Positions 28,328 to 43,473 of a stretch of DNA of 64,000 nt are shown here, piece after piece. The position numbers were made by a program, and so were the translations under genes. The stretch spans positions 19,778,001-19,842,000 of the forward strand of contig CM022673.1 of assembly GCA_012295275.1 (NCBI GenBank). Direction: 5' to 3'. The notes beneath the pieces were generated by a model, which worked only from the letters and a program-made list of their open reading frames with translations, was not told where the DNA came from and did not search any database. Positions within the stretch are counted from its first letter, which is position 1; the number at the start of each line of letters is the position of its first letter. The DNA is from Chrysomallon squamiferum. Lineage: Eukaryota; Animalia; Mollusca.

Positions 28328-31114
28328 CCACATTGTTATACAGAGATAGTGGATGTGGACGTCAGTAGTTATCAGTCACCTTAATCAACAATGAAGAGGA
28401 AATGTTCACAGTTTGATACTGAATTACTCACTATAAATATATTAGGTGGAGAAAAGAATGACAACAATTTGTTATTGGCACATCATGAAATGGATCAAAC
28501 AGCTTTGTTGTTGTTACCTTCACTGCTGAATTTTAATTTTGGTTAACTATATAATTTTATAAAGGTTAACTTTCACTAATCCAGTATTATTGGTGATTAG
28601 TGATTTTGCTAGATAACAGAGTGGTTAGGTTCAAATAGACTTAATTCTGCAGCACACCTCATCTTCCTGTCTTTGTAATAGCACTACAGAGGGTTCTTTT
28701 TCCACAAATTCAGCTATATCTTTTATGGCGAGTGTACTGTGTACAATTTACAACAAGAACCTTTTCATTTATTCATTAAGTCCATGGTTAGAATTAAAAA
28801 TTAATTGATTATAATAATAAATGAAGAAAAACAGATTGGAATGGAGTGCCTATGTTTGACAGTGATGCCCATAGTAATCGAACATAATCTGTGGATTTCT
28901 GCGTGATTGCTAACCATAAGCCTGATACTTTGAAAACTTAGGAAAACAAACTTGTAGTACCAAAAATTTGTTTAACTATTTCAGTTTGTACATTTATTTT
29001 TTATTGGATCAATAAAATTAACCTTCTAAAATCTGTACAAAATAATATTTTTCCCACATACATTAGAAAAATAACATGTACACAGTCAGTGGAAAATAGC
29101 CCAGTTTTAGAATCAGAGTGATTTGTTTTGCAATATGTCAAATACTAAAGGTAGAATTAATTGACTTTCTTTCATTTGTATCTCTTGTAGTAGATATGGT
29201 GCTTGTATGATAACTATAAGAGAGTGCAAAACAAACTATTAATTTCACAAATTCTAAATATATATTGGATGGACATGAAAATCATTCATTTCTGAATAAA
29301 AGAAAAATGAAAATGACAGTCCAAATAGTTACCATGCAGTTGATGGAAATGATGGCAAGTGCAAATACATTTACTTTATTGCAGTAAGTAAAATGTCCAA
29401 AAATGAACCTGTTTTAGCACAAAATGTTTTCACTGATATTGTGACAACTACATGGTCCAACTTCTGAAATTAATTATCATTATTAATTTTTCACTTAAAA
29501 GGCAGAAATAATGATTATTCAGTACATGAATTAATGAATCTGTTATGTCAGGATTTGTTACCAGCTGATAAATTGCAAAAAATATTATTTTCTGTTCAAC
29601 AATTAGTTGTCCCAGGGCAATAAATCATGCTGAAATGTATACTTGATGCATGATTTGTCATCCCTTTTTCACCAGAGTATTATTATTTCTCTGTCAGTTT
29701 ACTTTCCCTTTCCCTTCACTCTCTCTCTTTCTTCCTTTTTTATTTTTTTGCTATCTTTCAAAGATCCTGATTTTACATGATATTGTCTTTTTGGTCATTG
29801 CTTATAAATGAACTATATAGTCTTGTAGCAGTGGTTTTGGGGAAAAGCCTGATTGTAATCATGTCCACTATGGATTTTATTGTGCAAACCAAGTATGCTG
29901 GACAAGCTAAATCAATATATCAAAAACATCTGTTTGCATAAAGCTTTCTTTAATTTAGTATTAGAGAATAGATCACATTTTATTACGGAGCCAGTCTCTT
30001 TTTTTTTTCAGAATTGCCACTAAATTACAAAATATATCTTATACTTTTATTAACAATTGTTAAAATTATTGTTAATACTTTAACAACACCATTAGAGGCC
30101 ATTAATTATTAATCCTGATAATTCTTAATAGAAATGCTACTAATTAAATTGGCAGCCTGAGGTTTCTCCGTACACATTTTTCCTTTTTAATTAAAAACAA
30201 ACGTTGGAAATATTTAAGATCTTATAAAAAGAGTACAAATGGCATTTTGCTGTGGTGACAATGTGAAGCAATACCTGCATGGTTGTAAACACCCATAAAG
30301 TTAAAGTATTAGAAATTGTGCAGTGGTCACTCAGATGACAAAATATATCAAAATGACAAATTGTGATATAACAGAATCTTTTAATTGAAATAATAATTCA
30401 TTTTATACATCTGGACAAAAATGAATCCATTCAAGAAATTCAGTTGACTAAAATTTGCAATAGAAAGTATTGGATAAAAATGTGAAGAGCATTAAAATAA
30501 CAGAAATATGATTTTATAACATTAATGTTCTTTGTTATTCCTTTATTTATTATTTTTTTTTTTTCAAAAACATTTGATAAAATAATTCTAATTCAGTATA
30601 GTTAAATGTATTTCTTAAGATATTTGAAGGGAAAAAAGTAAATGTGAACAATAAATTAAAATTTAATTTCTTTTATTATTTTTATTATTATTATTATTAT
30701 TTTTTTTTTTTGAGATATTTTTTGAGAAAAGTAAAGGATTCAGTTAAAAACTGTATTTACAAAATGAGTGACAAATGGGAACCATTACCTCACATGGGTC
30801 ATTTCCATGGTTAATCCATTTATGTGTCTGAGATGAATTTTTCAAAAAATTATTTTACAAATGAAGAAGTGTTGATTTTTCATATTTTCTTTGATTATTA
30901 TTATTATTAATACTACTTTTTTTTTTTATGTGTTTATTTACTGAAATTACCAGATCAGAAATTAGAACATGCATATCAGTTTATGAAATATTTATTCATT
31001 GAGTTAAGTATATATTATAACTGTTCATATGGTAATCATCTAAAAGGTGCATAATTTGTATTTTTTCAACTTGGTTGGTATTCTGAAAAAGGGATATACT
31101 TTTTCTGTTTTTAA

Positions 31115-32040
31115 TTATTTAGAGTATGTCTTCTTAATTAGATGTACATTCTGTGACTCTGGGGGATTTCTTTCAATCATTGTTTGAAGGTCAGAAAGGG
31201 ATGGATTGACTTTACTGACAAGTTTGCTAGCATATTCCATATGACAATTTGAACTGTTGAACTGTCCCAAGGAAGGGGCTCTGTCTGTCTTTGTCGCCGA
31301 ATAGACATGAGGACTGGTCTTTTCTTCTACATTCATTGCTGCCAGCTGTTTTTCTAGTGCCATGTTACCATTCTCCACCAAATCTTGGCTCTGAAAATGA
31401 CATCACCACCCCATTCTTCAAACAAGGCATGGAGCAATTCATTTACTTATTCACAGCCATTATCAGAATGAAATACATGGGGCATGCCAAGATATGCCAA
31501 GGCTCTTTCTTGAAACATTCTGCCACCTCTAGTACTGTTCTAGAATTATGGGGAAACAGCACATGAAACTTTATGAAGTGGTCCGAAAAATGTCTGATCC
31601 ATTAGTAATTGTCATCAGATGTCTCATATTGATTAGATCCATTTGTAGTCAGTTCAGAGAACCAGAAACTAAGATTGGCTGCAGTGGTGGACATATAGTC
31701 TGAGGGATGGACAGATGACACATAGGACAAAGCTTGCAAAATTCTTGAAACAGCTTCATTTTTTCATACTGCACGCTGGGATTCATCACAGCTTATTTGC
31801 TTCACAGCATCAAAAGTCCTCTGAACATGGAGGCTCTCTTGAAGTTTCTTTCCTTCTGCCAAAAGATCCACAAGGGCATCCTGGATATCAAGTAGTGGGG
31901 TTGTCTGTATGAAGAAATTTTTCTCCTTCACTCAACTCTTGCAATGATCGTCCACTTGCTCTGACATATTCTTTAAGAGAAGTCATGGCTTTCAGCAATG
32001 TGAAGTGATGATCAACTGCAATTTTGGACTTTTTATTCAT
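31115..32040 (-). pseudogene. Degenerate rve integrase (Ginger2/KRBA2/SCAND3-like transposase) remnant
   Basis: Across frameshifts it reads FCKLCPMCH (Zn-binding CxxC), PLQPILVSGSLN*LQMDLINMRH, WIRHFSDHFIKFHVLFP, GMPHVFHSDNGCE*VNELLHAL and QSQDLVENGN, covering the D..D..E catalytic core motifs. Confidence 0.8.
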
Positions 32041-32640
32041 TTGTTCACTGAAACCAATGCTTATTGGCCTCCCTGTGAGTTGTAGAGATTAAAGTAGTTA
32101 AGTGAGATGCATCATCATTTAAATTAAGGCTATAAAGTATAATGTCCTCTGAACAATGTCGACAGTGGAGAAAGGTGTTAAATACTAATAAGCTATTTTG
32201 TCAGTGATCAAAACGAAGGTAAATTTTGATCAAGGCTACACTGGAATAAACCAAGATTAAGAATAAAAATATGCAATATATCATTTATTTTTTTTTTCCT
32301 TTTAAAGTCCAGATTCATTTGTCTTTCAAAATCAAAAAACATGTTCAGTTAATCTTAGCGTTATAATGGGTTTTCTGATGTAATAAATTACTAATGAACC
32401 AAAAAACATTTAACTGAGTAATAATTGACATCATTGCGAATTTTCTCATGTATGCACACATGCAATAGTGGGAAACTAAACAGCTGACCATCAGTCGGTC
32501 GACATTAAAATTAATTGAACAAAGTACAATACAGTAAAAGAATTAAATTATACAAATAGGGTGATCTACACCTTGGTTTATATTTATTAATAAATGGGTA
32601 CTTTAAGCTGTAAAGCAAATTGCAAATGTAAACATATCCA

Positions 32641-32928
32641 TAAAATTTACCAAAACATTAAACTTTAATACTCATAACGGCTATATAAAACAGTAATGTA
32701 ATAATGTAAGAACAATATACAGATATAAAAAATGTAAACGTGCAGAAAACGTAAAGAAAATGTGGGCTAGATTAGGATAGATATTGGCGCAGTTGTAAAA
32801 TTTACTCTTACCTTGATGGAGTGTGGATCGTACAGTGGGACTAAGAATAATTTAATACCACCTAGAGGTAAATTCTTGGCTTCCAGAAATCAAGAAAACC
32901 AAGGTCATGAAATCGAGGGTCAGTAGTG
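32641..32928. mobile_element. Second, partial copy of the 12488-12881 MITE
   Basis: It shares AAAATTTACCAAAACATTAAACTTTA and downstream blocks, and ends in CATGAAATCGAGGGTCA, the right TIR. Confidence 0.7.
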
Positions 32929-33559
32929 ACATTGCAAGTCACTAAATCATATCGTGGCTTCTGGTACATGCTACGTGTATGCATTACAAAATGTATCCAA
33001 TTTCACATTACTATACTACTTCTATATTGCTTAAGTTATTTTTTTTTCTAAATTGTAATTAAATATTTGTTTAAAAGAACATTTATCCTGTTATATCTTA
33101 TTTTTATGCATAATTAGTAATACAGAACTGAAGTAGAAAGAGAAAAGTCACAACCAAGATGAGAAAGCCTGCAATGTTGCCAATGCAGTTTGTCAAGTGA
33201 GTGACAGATTGACAACCAACAGTTAAATACAGCCTGACGTGTGGTTCATGATAAAAGGCCCAAAAATTGGGGTGCTTATGTACATAATATAAACAAACAT
33301 TTATCAAAAACTTGCCACATAATTACATATAAAATTACTGAAAATTAAAGTGTTATGTTGTAATCTATAACTAAGTTTTTAAAAATGTAAGCAAAAATTA
33401 ATAATAAATAAATAAATTATGGTTTGCGAAATTTAAATAAATACCAGATTTAAAATGAGAATCCCATCTATACATCTCCCAACCCATAAGGCAAAGTGTA
33501 AAAAAAAAAATGTTTTCAGTAGTATTGCGAGTCGGGTACCCACAATGATTGTAACCTAT

Positions 33560-34400
33560 ATATGTGCCAGTCATTTCTGCAACTGATGATTAACTGGGTT
33601 TCTTTTTCACACATACTAATCTGAGTTGATAGCAAGTCAATCCTGAAAGTTTGTGTTCTGTTGTCCTTGAGGACAAGTTTTTATTACCTTTCCAAGTATG
33701 TCCACGCTGCTTTCTTGGAAAAGGTGAATGTGGGGCCCTCTCAGGGTCATATCGCCTACTGATCAGTGTTGGTTTGAAGTGTGTGGGGTTAGCCCCGTCC
33801 TTCTGAAACTACTGCTCCTGATGAGTGAGTTATTGCTGCATGACTCTTTAGTGTATGCCAAAATTTCCTCAAGACTTCAAAATAAAGTTCTGTGTTCACT
33901 TTTCGTTTTTGTCTTCAAATCAAAAAGGTTCAGTGATGCCATGCTTTGAAATTACCACCCATTCGGTGTACATTAGTGAATGTAATAGACGCTGTAGACC
34001 ATCCTCTGGAGGTGATGTGCACCAGAAAATACAGTTTTTGGTGTTGACATGGCCTGACTGAAGAAAATGTGTCTCATCAGAGAATCACAGATCATCAAGA
34101 AATTCAGGGTCCTCATCAGTTATTTTTGTCAGTTTCTGTTTAATCTGAATTTTGAAACAGTACAATTTAAGATCCACGATCCCTGATAACACCAACATTT
34201 TCTGCAGCCTTCACAGTCAAATGTCACATTTGGATCCTTTCGCTATTTGAGGTCAGGTTTTGCACAGTTCCCTTTGACCTGAATTTATCGATCCATCTGT
34301 AAATCTGGCTTTTGTTGAATAATAATTAAAAAGAAAACTTCCTTTGAAACTTTGCCTGCACAAATTAGTCCCAAACTAGTCTCGGTTGTCCAATGCGTTG
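33560..34400 (-). mobile_element. Degenerate Tc1/mariner-superfamily transposase (N-terminal HTH, DDD core)
   Basis: Minus-strand fragments: SQIYRWIDKFRSKGTVQNL, LKLYCFKIQIKQKL, DPEFLDDL*FSDETHFLQSGHVNTKNCIFW, LQRLLHS..WVVISKHGI, EVLRKFW, FQKDGA/PHTS, LISRRYDPE..PHSP. Multiple stops and deletions. Confidence 0.85.
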
Positions 34401-35084
34401 TGAGAAAAAAATGTTGAGGAATCTTTTTGTTACCAATTTCTTTAGAAGAATCTGCAAAATAAGAACAATAGCATTATTACTGACGATTTTATCTGCTGTA
34501 GTTAGGGTTGCAATCATTTTCGGTCATCTTGTATATATTTTAGGAAATAAAAAAATAATAAATAAAATAATAAAATAATAATAATAATAAAAAGAAGAAA
34601 TTACATTTTATTATTATTCAATATACAGCTAATAACCAATATTTTTGTATCATGTAATAATACTTTTAGTTAGACTAGTGCGTTTAAAATGTGTGAGCCA
34701 TATATATACAATATAAACATTTACAAACAAAAAATAGCTAAACGAAAAGTCCAGTTTAGATACAATATTGTGATTTAGACTAAGGCATTTAAATTGTATG
34801 AAAAGTGCGGTCGCACACGCATGCATTTTATGTTTTATTTTGTAATATATATATAAGAATAAATAGAAGAAAAAAATCAACAGCAAGCATAAAATATGAT
34901 TTAGAAGCGCCCATAAACATACATGTTTATAAAAGATTAACGTATATATATTTATATATAATAAAACCCCAACAAATGAAAACAACATTCATACAAAAAC
35001 TTAAGTGACCACATTAATGTTGACAATCAGACGTTCCTGATACAATATTTAAGTAATACCTAAAAACAAAAATATATATATATA

Positions 35085-35121
<37 letters not shown>

Positions 35122-35312
35122 TATTTATTTAATTCAGTAATCAATAATTATTTTATTATTAATAATTAATATACATATAATTATCTATTTACTGATTTTG
35201 GGGAAAAAAGCAACAGTAATAAAGCAAAACAACAACAACAACAATAAAGCTATCACCATCATGTTAATAATTTTTAGGTCATATTTTATTTCATTATTCA
35301 TCGTTATTAGCA

Positions 35313-36307
35313 ATGACGTCTGGTAAGTAAATAACGTCACAAAGTGTATACAAGTGAAAAAAAAATAATAAAGTGAAATAGTAATGTTAATTTTTAAAAA
35401 AGTAAATAAATAAAATAAAATAATTAATAAAGTAAATTAAAATGAATAATATAAAATAGTATTTTATTACCTTGGTAAGATATCCAACGAGTTGAAGCAA
35501 ATTGCTTATTCTTTCATTTGTAAGTTTTTGAATTTTGCTATATTGTTACTTATTTCTAAAGTAAATTACCTGATTTTATTTATATTGGAACCTTTCGCTA
35601 ATCGATGACAGTTTTCATTAAACAATCTGGATACATTATCAAATTATGAAGATGATCATGAAAATCAACAGCAATAAATTTAACCTCTTGCATTTATTAA
35701 GAAAATAAGAATGGCAAAATAAAATAATAAGCTAGTATTTACGAAAATAACACTGTATTTGTATCAATATCTTTGACAAAAAATCCGATTCTTTTTTTAT
35801 AAAACACTTTAAATGTCAGTTGCCCAAATGTAATAATACATATTTTTGTGTGCTTCTTGTTACTATTTCTGTGTTTAGACTCAGCACTAGAAAGCTGCCG
35901 ACATGTTTGAAGAGTATTCACGAATTTACTTTTTAAATTATTTTGATGTAAGAGATGACCTGTGCGAGTTATGTTATGCACCCGGGTAAATATTTAGTAT
36001 TCTTATTATGGATGCATGAAATTAAACAAAATAAACATGAATATGTCAGTCTATCTGTTAGCTATAGCTTTTCAACGAAGGACAAAACATTATTTAACCT
36101 TTGGTTTTTCTTTTTTGTTTCTTTCTCTGAATTCCTGCATTTGTAGGGTGATGCCAATACATCTACATGTTTTACACACAGACACAAACAATAACAACCC
36201 CCATCCCCATTATTCTCTGATCTTTTTCTAGCAACATCCATAGTTCTAGTGTCATTGTTCAGACTCACAGCTACCGATAATCAGTATTACGGTGAGTATT
36301 CAGAGTA

Positions 36308-36385
<78 letters not shown>

Positions 36386-37162
36386 ATGTGTGTGTGTGTA
36401 TGATACACATTACATATTGCAAGTTATTATCACTAGATAAATTTCTATCTTCGGGCAATGACCAAAAATAGAGCTTTATTTACTTCGATATATTACTTGT
36501 TTATGTAGTTCAAAATTGCTTCTTTAGTGTTCAGTTACTGGTTCTGACCTTAAAAGACTATATGAAAACTGTTTTCATTTAAGGAAAAACAACTGTTATT
36601 TAAAAACCTTGTTTTGATGTATATTTTTTTATATGCGACAAAGAAATTAATAAGTGTAAATATACCAATGTCCAGAGCGAGAAATAAAATAATTTCATTT
36701 AGTTTTTGTATCGTTTAGGATTACAGGATAAAAGAAATAATTAGCTACAGTCTCATTATAGCAGCTTTTATCATTTCGTCGACTGGTGAAAACATATATA
36801 AGTATGTATATATGTAGGTATATGTATTGTTAATTTTCAGAGTATGTTGGATGTTACAAAAAAGAACTGATTGGTAAATCAAAACATCCGAGGGTATTTA
36901 ACAAGGAATATCATATTTTACCATTTCTCTCGTTATCTCTGTGTTTGATACATTGCTTTTCGTTCAAATACAAGTACGCTGCTCTAGACAGGTTGGTTAG
37001 TGGCATTTCTTATACATGATTACTTTTTATGGAAAATAAATATCGTCGTAATGTAAGATGCTGATTGGGAAATATAATTTTTGTAATCTTCATTGCTTGG
37101 TACTGGAAATAGAACTGAACTTTTAAGTGTTTTGTCACTTTTAGCTAGACTTATTTACACAG

Positions 37163-37207
<45 letters not shown>

Positions 37208-40200
37208 GTAAATGTTTTGTTGTAGCGCACACTGTGGTTGTTCTGACAACAGTGGAAATCTGCATGAAGACGTTGGATGTACTGACTGGTGTAAACTGAA
37301 TCCTTTTCCAAATGTACAGTGCGGAGGACCCAAACGACTATCAGTTTACAAAATCAAAGATACAGGTTATAAAGATGGTAAATTGTGTATCTTATATTAC
37401 ATAATTAAACTTAACTAACATCAACTGCTATTGTTACTAATAATATTATGACTAAAGTGGCTGTTACTGTGCTATTACTGTGTCAAGATATTACACTTTA
37501 TTAAAGGTTAAATTATTCAGTCGAAAAACAGCAATTTTGAATTAATAACCCGATATAAAATACTAGTTATTTATACTAGAGCTTATATATTAATTTCATA
37601 TTATGGTTTACAAATATTTCAACAACACTTTTAGTTCAGTCTGTAAATTCCACATTTCATTTTTTATATTAAACAAAATTCAAGCAAGATGTTATTGTCA
37701 CAGTTTTTGTAGGCTGTTACAGACTTCTTCCTCTGAAACCAGACAAAGCCATTACAGTGTTCAGACAGAATTCGCCATACAGTAACGCCGTTCATATGAT
37801 CACACGTTTTGTGGCCAGCAGTTGTATTAAACATTGCGCCGAGGCTGGTTTCACATTCGCTGCACTACACAATGGGTACGTTAATATTTTCTTCTAAATA
37901 TAAATAATAGGTAATGTAGTGTAATGTAGTTCTTATGGTTGATTAAAAGAAAAAAGTGGGGGTTTTAATTATTAATTAAAGAAATATATAATTAGATTCA
38001 GCTTCTCAGCTTCTAAACTAATAAGTCATTCTGCATACATTACATGTAATACTTTACTCCTTTCACTTAAATTGTAGTTTTTGTTAGGAATTCTCCGTCA
38101 TAAAATTTATTGAAATCATATTTGAACTGTTGTACATTATATCTACTCTAACTCTTATATATCTGATCTGAATTTAAAGCTGCATAACTTTGATACTTAG
38201 AGATTACTGTGGTTGCGACACGCGACTCAATCACATCTTCAGCTTGAAGAACGTGTACTGTGAGTACCCATGTGAAGATATCAAGTTGGGTACTTGTGGT
38301 GCCTTCTACAGAGCACCTTACGTGTCAATATGGAAAGCAGACCCTGCTGGTAAGTCAGTAGAATAGATACGATCAAATTATGTCCGATTAAAAGTGGATA
38401 AAGCCGATAGGATTATGCATTACCAGAGTAGATCTGATTAAATATTATAAGACATGTGATTATTTTAAATCTGTTTGATAATGAATGAAATGGTTCTGAT
38501 TACATATTAACACAGTAAACTGAACTGAATTTAATTTACACTGTGATCGTACTGTATATTTTTAATGCATAATTGACAAGGTGGCGTTTTCGTTACAATA
38601 TATTTAAAGATCTAAAGACGTTTATAGATGCCTACTTGTATTTAGAGACGAACATATACACATAAAATAAATATCATTAAAAAGTTATATTTCAGATTCT
38701 GAGGACACCAGTAGTTTTTATAAATAAATTGCATTTAAAATTTATAAATATTTGATCTATACTGACAATACATTGGCGGAAGTATTTTTCTTTTTCTCTT
38801 AAATAATGAAACTTACCACCAGTTTCATCATTTCAGCATATAGAGTGTATTCTATTTGCAAAAGATATTATTTCAATCTGAATTTTTCTATCTTGAGATA
38901 GCGATTCGAAAGTCGAAAGTGTTTTAATTGTAACCTGTGCTTTTCTCAAAATTATTTAAATATGTCTCGAAGACATTGTTTGTTTTAAACAGTTTGTAAC
39001 AAGACGCTCTGGATGAGTTTGAAATATTAATATTCCATGCTTATAAAAACTGATCATGCATCTTTAAAAGAATATTTTGTTTTAATACATTTGCATCTTG
39101 TCTCTGGTCAATCTGTGTACTTCAAACATTACATCGAAAATAGATTTAGTAGATTTAGCAAATTGTATCCATTGTATCCATTTATCTCATATATTACGTA
39201 TGATTAGTTTGTGCGTTTTCCAGTTATTAATTTTAACCAAAACGCTATAATTCTTTACTTGACACCAAAAGAGATTGGAAAATGTCCCAGCTCTACATAT
39301 AATAAACTGACTGTTTAACTGAACACAGAAAGTTCCTGAACTGATTTTGTAGCCTCTCTAAAATAGATTCATTTTCAATACCCCAAATCTCGCTATCATA
39401 TAACAAAACAATTATTACCGTACAACCGAACAATTTCAAGTGAACTTATACAGAAAAATTATAACCTCTTCCTGGGGTTCTGAAATTTATTTGACTTGTG
39501 GAAAATAATTTGACATGTGGAAAAAATGCCAAAATATTTGTATATTTCTAAATTCTCTAAAATCATATTTCTTATTTAAATATTGTTTTATAGTCTTTAT
39601 TGCTAACACAAAAATTAAAAGATTTATCTTCTTACAACTTACAGTTACCTTCCATGTGATACAATATACATGAGGAACATTTTGTAAATGTTGCATATGA
39701 TCATAATTGTCTCCTAGGAGTACTACATTATCAGCATACAGTAAAATAATTGTAACACATTATTAGAGGTCGTTTTGACGAAACTAATTTCATTACAGTC
39801 GTGTGTTTTAAAAATTTCTTCAAGGTCATTAAGAAATAGTAAAAACAGAAATGATGATGTTTCCCCTTGCCATGCTCCTACACAACATGGAAAATAATCT
39901 GTGTAACTATTTTTTACAGCCGCACATGATTTAATATATTAGTGCAAACTGTGAATAACCATAAAAAGGCATATATATATGTTAAAAATTGCCAGATGTC
40001 AATATCAAATGGTCGTAAATGGAAACTGGACAATCCTCAAGAACATGATAATGACCTTGAAAAATACAAACTGAAATATACTTAGCTTTGTAAGCTTATT
40101 GTTTTGTTAGAACAGGCTATTAAAGTTGAGTTTTGAGTCATTTCACACATCCAGTCATACTATACATGTTTGTTGTTTAAAGTATATATTGTAACATCTC

Positions 40201-41816
40201 TTTAAATAGATCTTTTCATTCCAAACAAAATGCTGTTTTAATTATAAATATGGGATTATAATTATGCATTTATTGCATTTTGAAATTTATGTGCATAAGA
40301 ACTATTACTGATGAGTAACTAAATCGGCACGGGATGAATCTGGGGAAAAATAAGCAGTATCTATATGTCAGTTTTTGATACCTTGCATTTTCAAGCTTTT
40401 GTGTATAAAATTGGAAAGATATGAGCTGGCAAAGAACTGGAGAATGTTATAAACCATAATTGTTGTTGTTATAAAAATAGAAAGGATCCAGAATCCTGTT
40501 TGTGTAATGCTGAAAACCTTTTGTTCTCCATTTTTATAAATTCGAATATTTTCAATCATGTCATTTATAAAATATGGGGAACCTTCGGGAGGAATATAAA
40601 CAGTGCTTATAACAAAGTTGGATTTAACCCTAGGTAACTTTTGATTATTATTCTGGTGTATTTTTATGAACACGATGAACTTTAACTCTCACAGTAAGAA
40701 GTAGGCCTCCAGACTTAATATTTGAACTAAGATTTCTATTATTGTAAACAAACTATAGCAGATAATTCAGAATCAACATTGTTAAGCTTCGTTTCTACAA
40801 AACAAGACCTTATAATGATTAATAAAATCAACTCAGTTTTTTCTTTCAACTCGAGTTTTTTCAAACCTTGTATTAACCAAATACATTTTTTCACTTCATA
40901 ATTTAAATTAAAAAAATAATTTTAAATTTTTTGGTCACTTTCTATAAGCTGTCTTTTAAATTCTGTAACACTGAGTTCAATAATCTCTCAACGTTTTTCA
41001 AATATCTTCAGTTGTTTCTTTCCTAATCTAGGGTTTCGAAATATCCGCCCGTTTATCAAATACATTTTTTGCTCATGTAGGAATAAAACGTTGTTGAGTG
41101 TTAAGGTTAAGAAGTTGTTGTACCTGCGAGGCTGCATTTCCTAATTCAGATACACTGTTCAAATCAGTTCTTTAGTTCGCTGTGGTAGCTGTTTTAGTTT
41201 CTACTCTTTTTACGACTAGTTAATCTTTTCTTCTCCATGGTCTCATATTTTCAGAACAGGCGTTCCTTTTCCATTATTTCAGTTTGAACCAAAATATTGA
41301 ATAATGGCTAAAGTCCAGTTTTTATCACCTGCGTCAAATCATAAGTTTTGTCATGTCCCACTGTAGATATTATTTATTATTATAAGATTAGAGCTGATGA
41401 TCTTAGAAATAATTAAATACGAGGCCATACTAAGAAATTAAAAACAAAATTTTGTAGAGCATAGATCTACATAAATGCATCAAACTGAACAAAGCTCTGA
41501 TCAGCGACTTTTCTTTACAGCTGTCAGTTTGTTACCAAGTTTAATTGATCCTAAGTTCAATGAAAAAGGTAATTTATATCTTTAGCTGTCTGCTTATTCA
41601 GTATCTATCTCTGTTTTTCTCAAATTTCTCTCTAAATGTTTGCATCTCTGTTTCTGTAGTTTTTGTCTCTCTCCGCCTCTCTCCTCTCACATCCTTTTCT
41701 CTCTCTCCATCTCTTTTTCTTCTCTATTCCTCTCTTTCTCCTTACTCTTTACTATTACTTTCCAGTCTTTCTGTCTTCCTCTCTGCCATTCTTCATCGTC
41801 ATCCCCACTCCTTCAC

Positions 41817-41861
<45 letters not shown>

Positions 41862-43417
41862 TCTAACAATTCTCTTATCTAACAGAATATTTCTTCTGTA
41901 GTTAACACATTTAAGGTTCAGTCTCAGTTTGATTAAATGCCCCTGATGATTAATATGCAGAGCTGTCATACTGAATATCATCATCTAAATCTAAACTCAC
42001 CCATCTATTTGAAACAATAAAATAAAATCACATTCTGTCATTCTGCGAGATGTTTATAGGACAAAAAGCAGCCCATATAGTGTAATTGCAGATTCATATG
42101 TGAACTTAACTGTACGAAAATACTTGCAAAGCAACGGTCGTATTCTATGGCTGTCTTGAAACAACATCATTGAAGGACAACACTCATGAGACGACAGGAG
42201 AAACATCATTCAAAAGTAATCGTCAAGTCTGAAACAGACTTTGGTCGTAAAAAAGAAGAATTCATCTCATGTGAACTTAACAAGCAAAATCTAAACAATG
42301 TAATTAGTGAGAAGTTAAGGGAGAAGGGATACCGTGTGATGAAGGAAGTACTGACTGTCAAATAGTCCAAGCTGCTGTTGCTGCTTCAGAATACCAAAGC
42401 TGTTATTGGGGAAGACATAGACCTGTTGATTTTTGTATCACACAACTAATGATAGGAAGACGCTCTACTGCTGTTCTGACAACAAATCAAGAAACAAACA
42501 TAAATTTTCTGAAACATCTATTAGGTTATCAGATGTGGTTTCAGCTGCTTTTCACATATTTTTGGGGATAGGAAAAAAGATATTTTCAAAAATTAGAGAA
42601 CATGACAAACATTTAGTGTCTTGCGCACTTACATAACACCTAGTAAAACGTTATACTATAGAAAAGTATGGGAACGAACACACGGCTCTCATCTGCAGTG
42701 ACTACCAAACGTGATCACGTCAAATTGATATTGTACATTTTGTATAACATAGTTCATGCTCAGAAATACTTATTTGCAGCAAGTTTCACGTATGACGTCA
42801 CGTGACATTAATTTGACGTCACTATAACTTCGCAAAATCATAGACAACATCGTGTTTTTAATCTGTTGGTAATACATTTCATAGTGTCTAACTGAAATTT
42901 GAGGCGGTCGCTATCTTGAAATTACACAAATTATCACTGATCCCGGGATCACATTTTGAGAGATTTAGTTTTTTTAGACATATATACAGATATACCTATA
43001 AAGATAATCGTTCTCTGATTTCTCTTCAGCTCTAACTGAAAAGCTGGACGCTAATACTGATTACGGCGATGACACAGGTATTTTATGTAGATGAACATAT
43101 GCACGCATACACACAAACACTATTTCGTTTTTCAGTTTACAAATAGATAGGCCTAATCACCATACATAGCTCTATTTTTTTTTTTTTCAGAGATATGACC
43201 AAAATGTTTGTTATTAATTTTTTTAAACTGATATTACTGTAATTTATTTTAACGTCATTGCTCACAGTTTCTTTTAATTGTTAAATACAAATAAATACAA
43301 TAAAACAAAGATTATTTTCCAGTTATTTTCCAATTATTTTCTTCTGTTAATCTTTTTTAGTTCAAGAATTCACAATCACAGGCAGCGGAACGATAGGTAT
43401 GACAACAGTTTAAAAAA

Positions 43418-43473
<56 letters not shown>

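Noticed and set aside
38695-38712. Possible 15-nt extra mini-exon (DSEDT) of the WSC gene
   Set aside because: The acceptor is good but the donor (A|GTAGTT) is weak; left out of the model without transcript evidence.
42700-42980. Cluster of TGACGTCA/CACGTG palindromes
   Set aside because: It looks like CRE/E-box sites, but the context resembles the end of a decayed DNA transposon, so a regulatory role cannot be supported.
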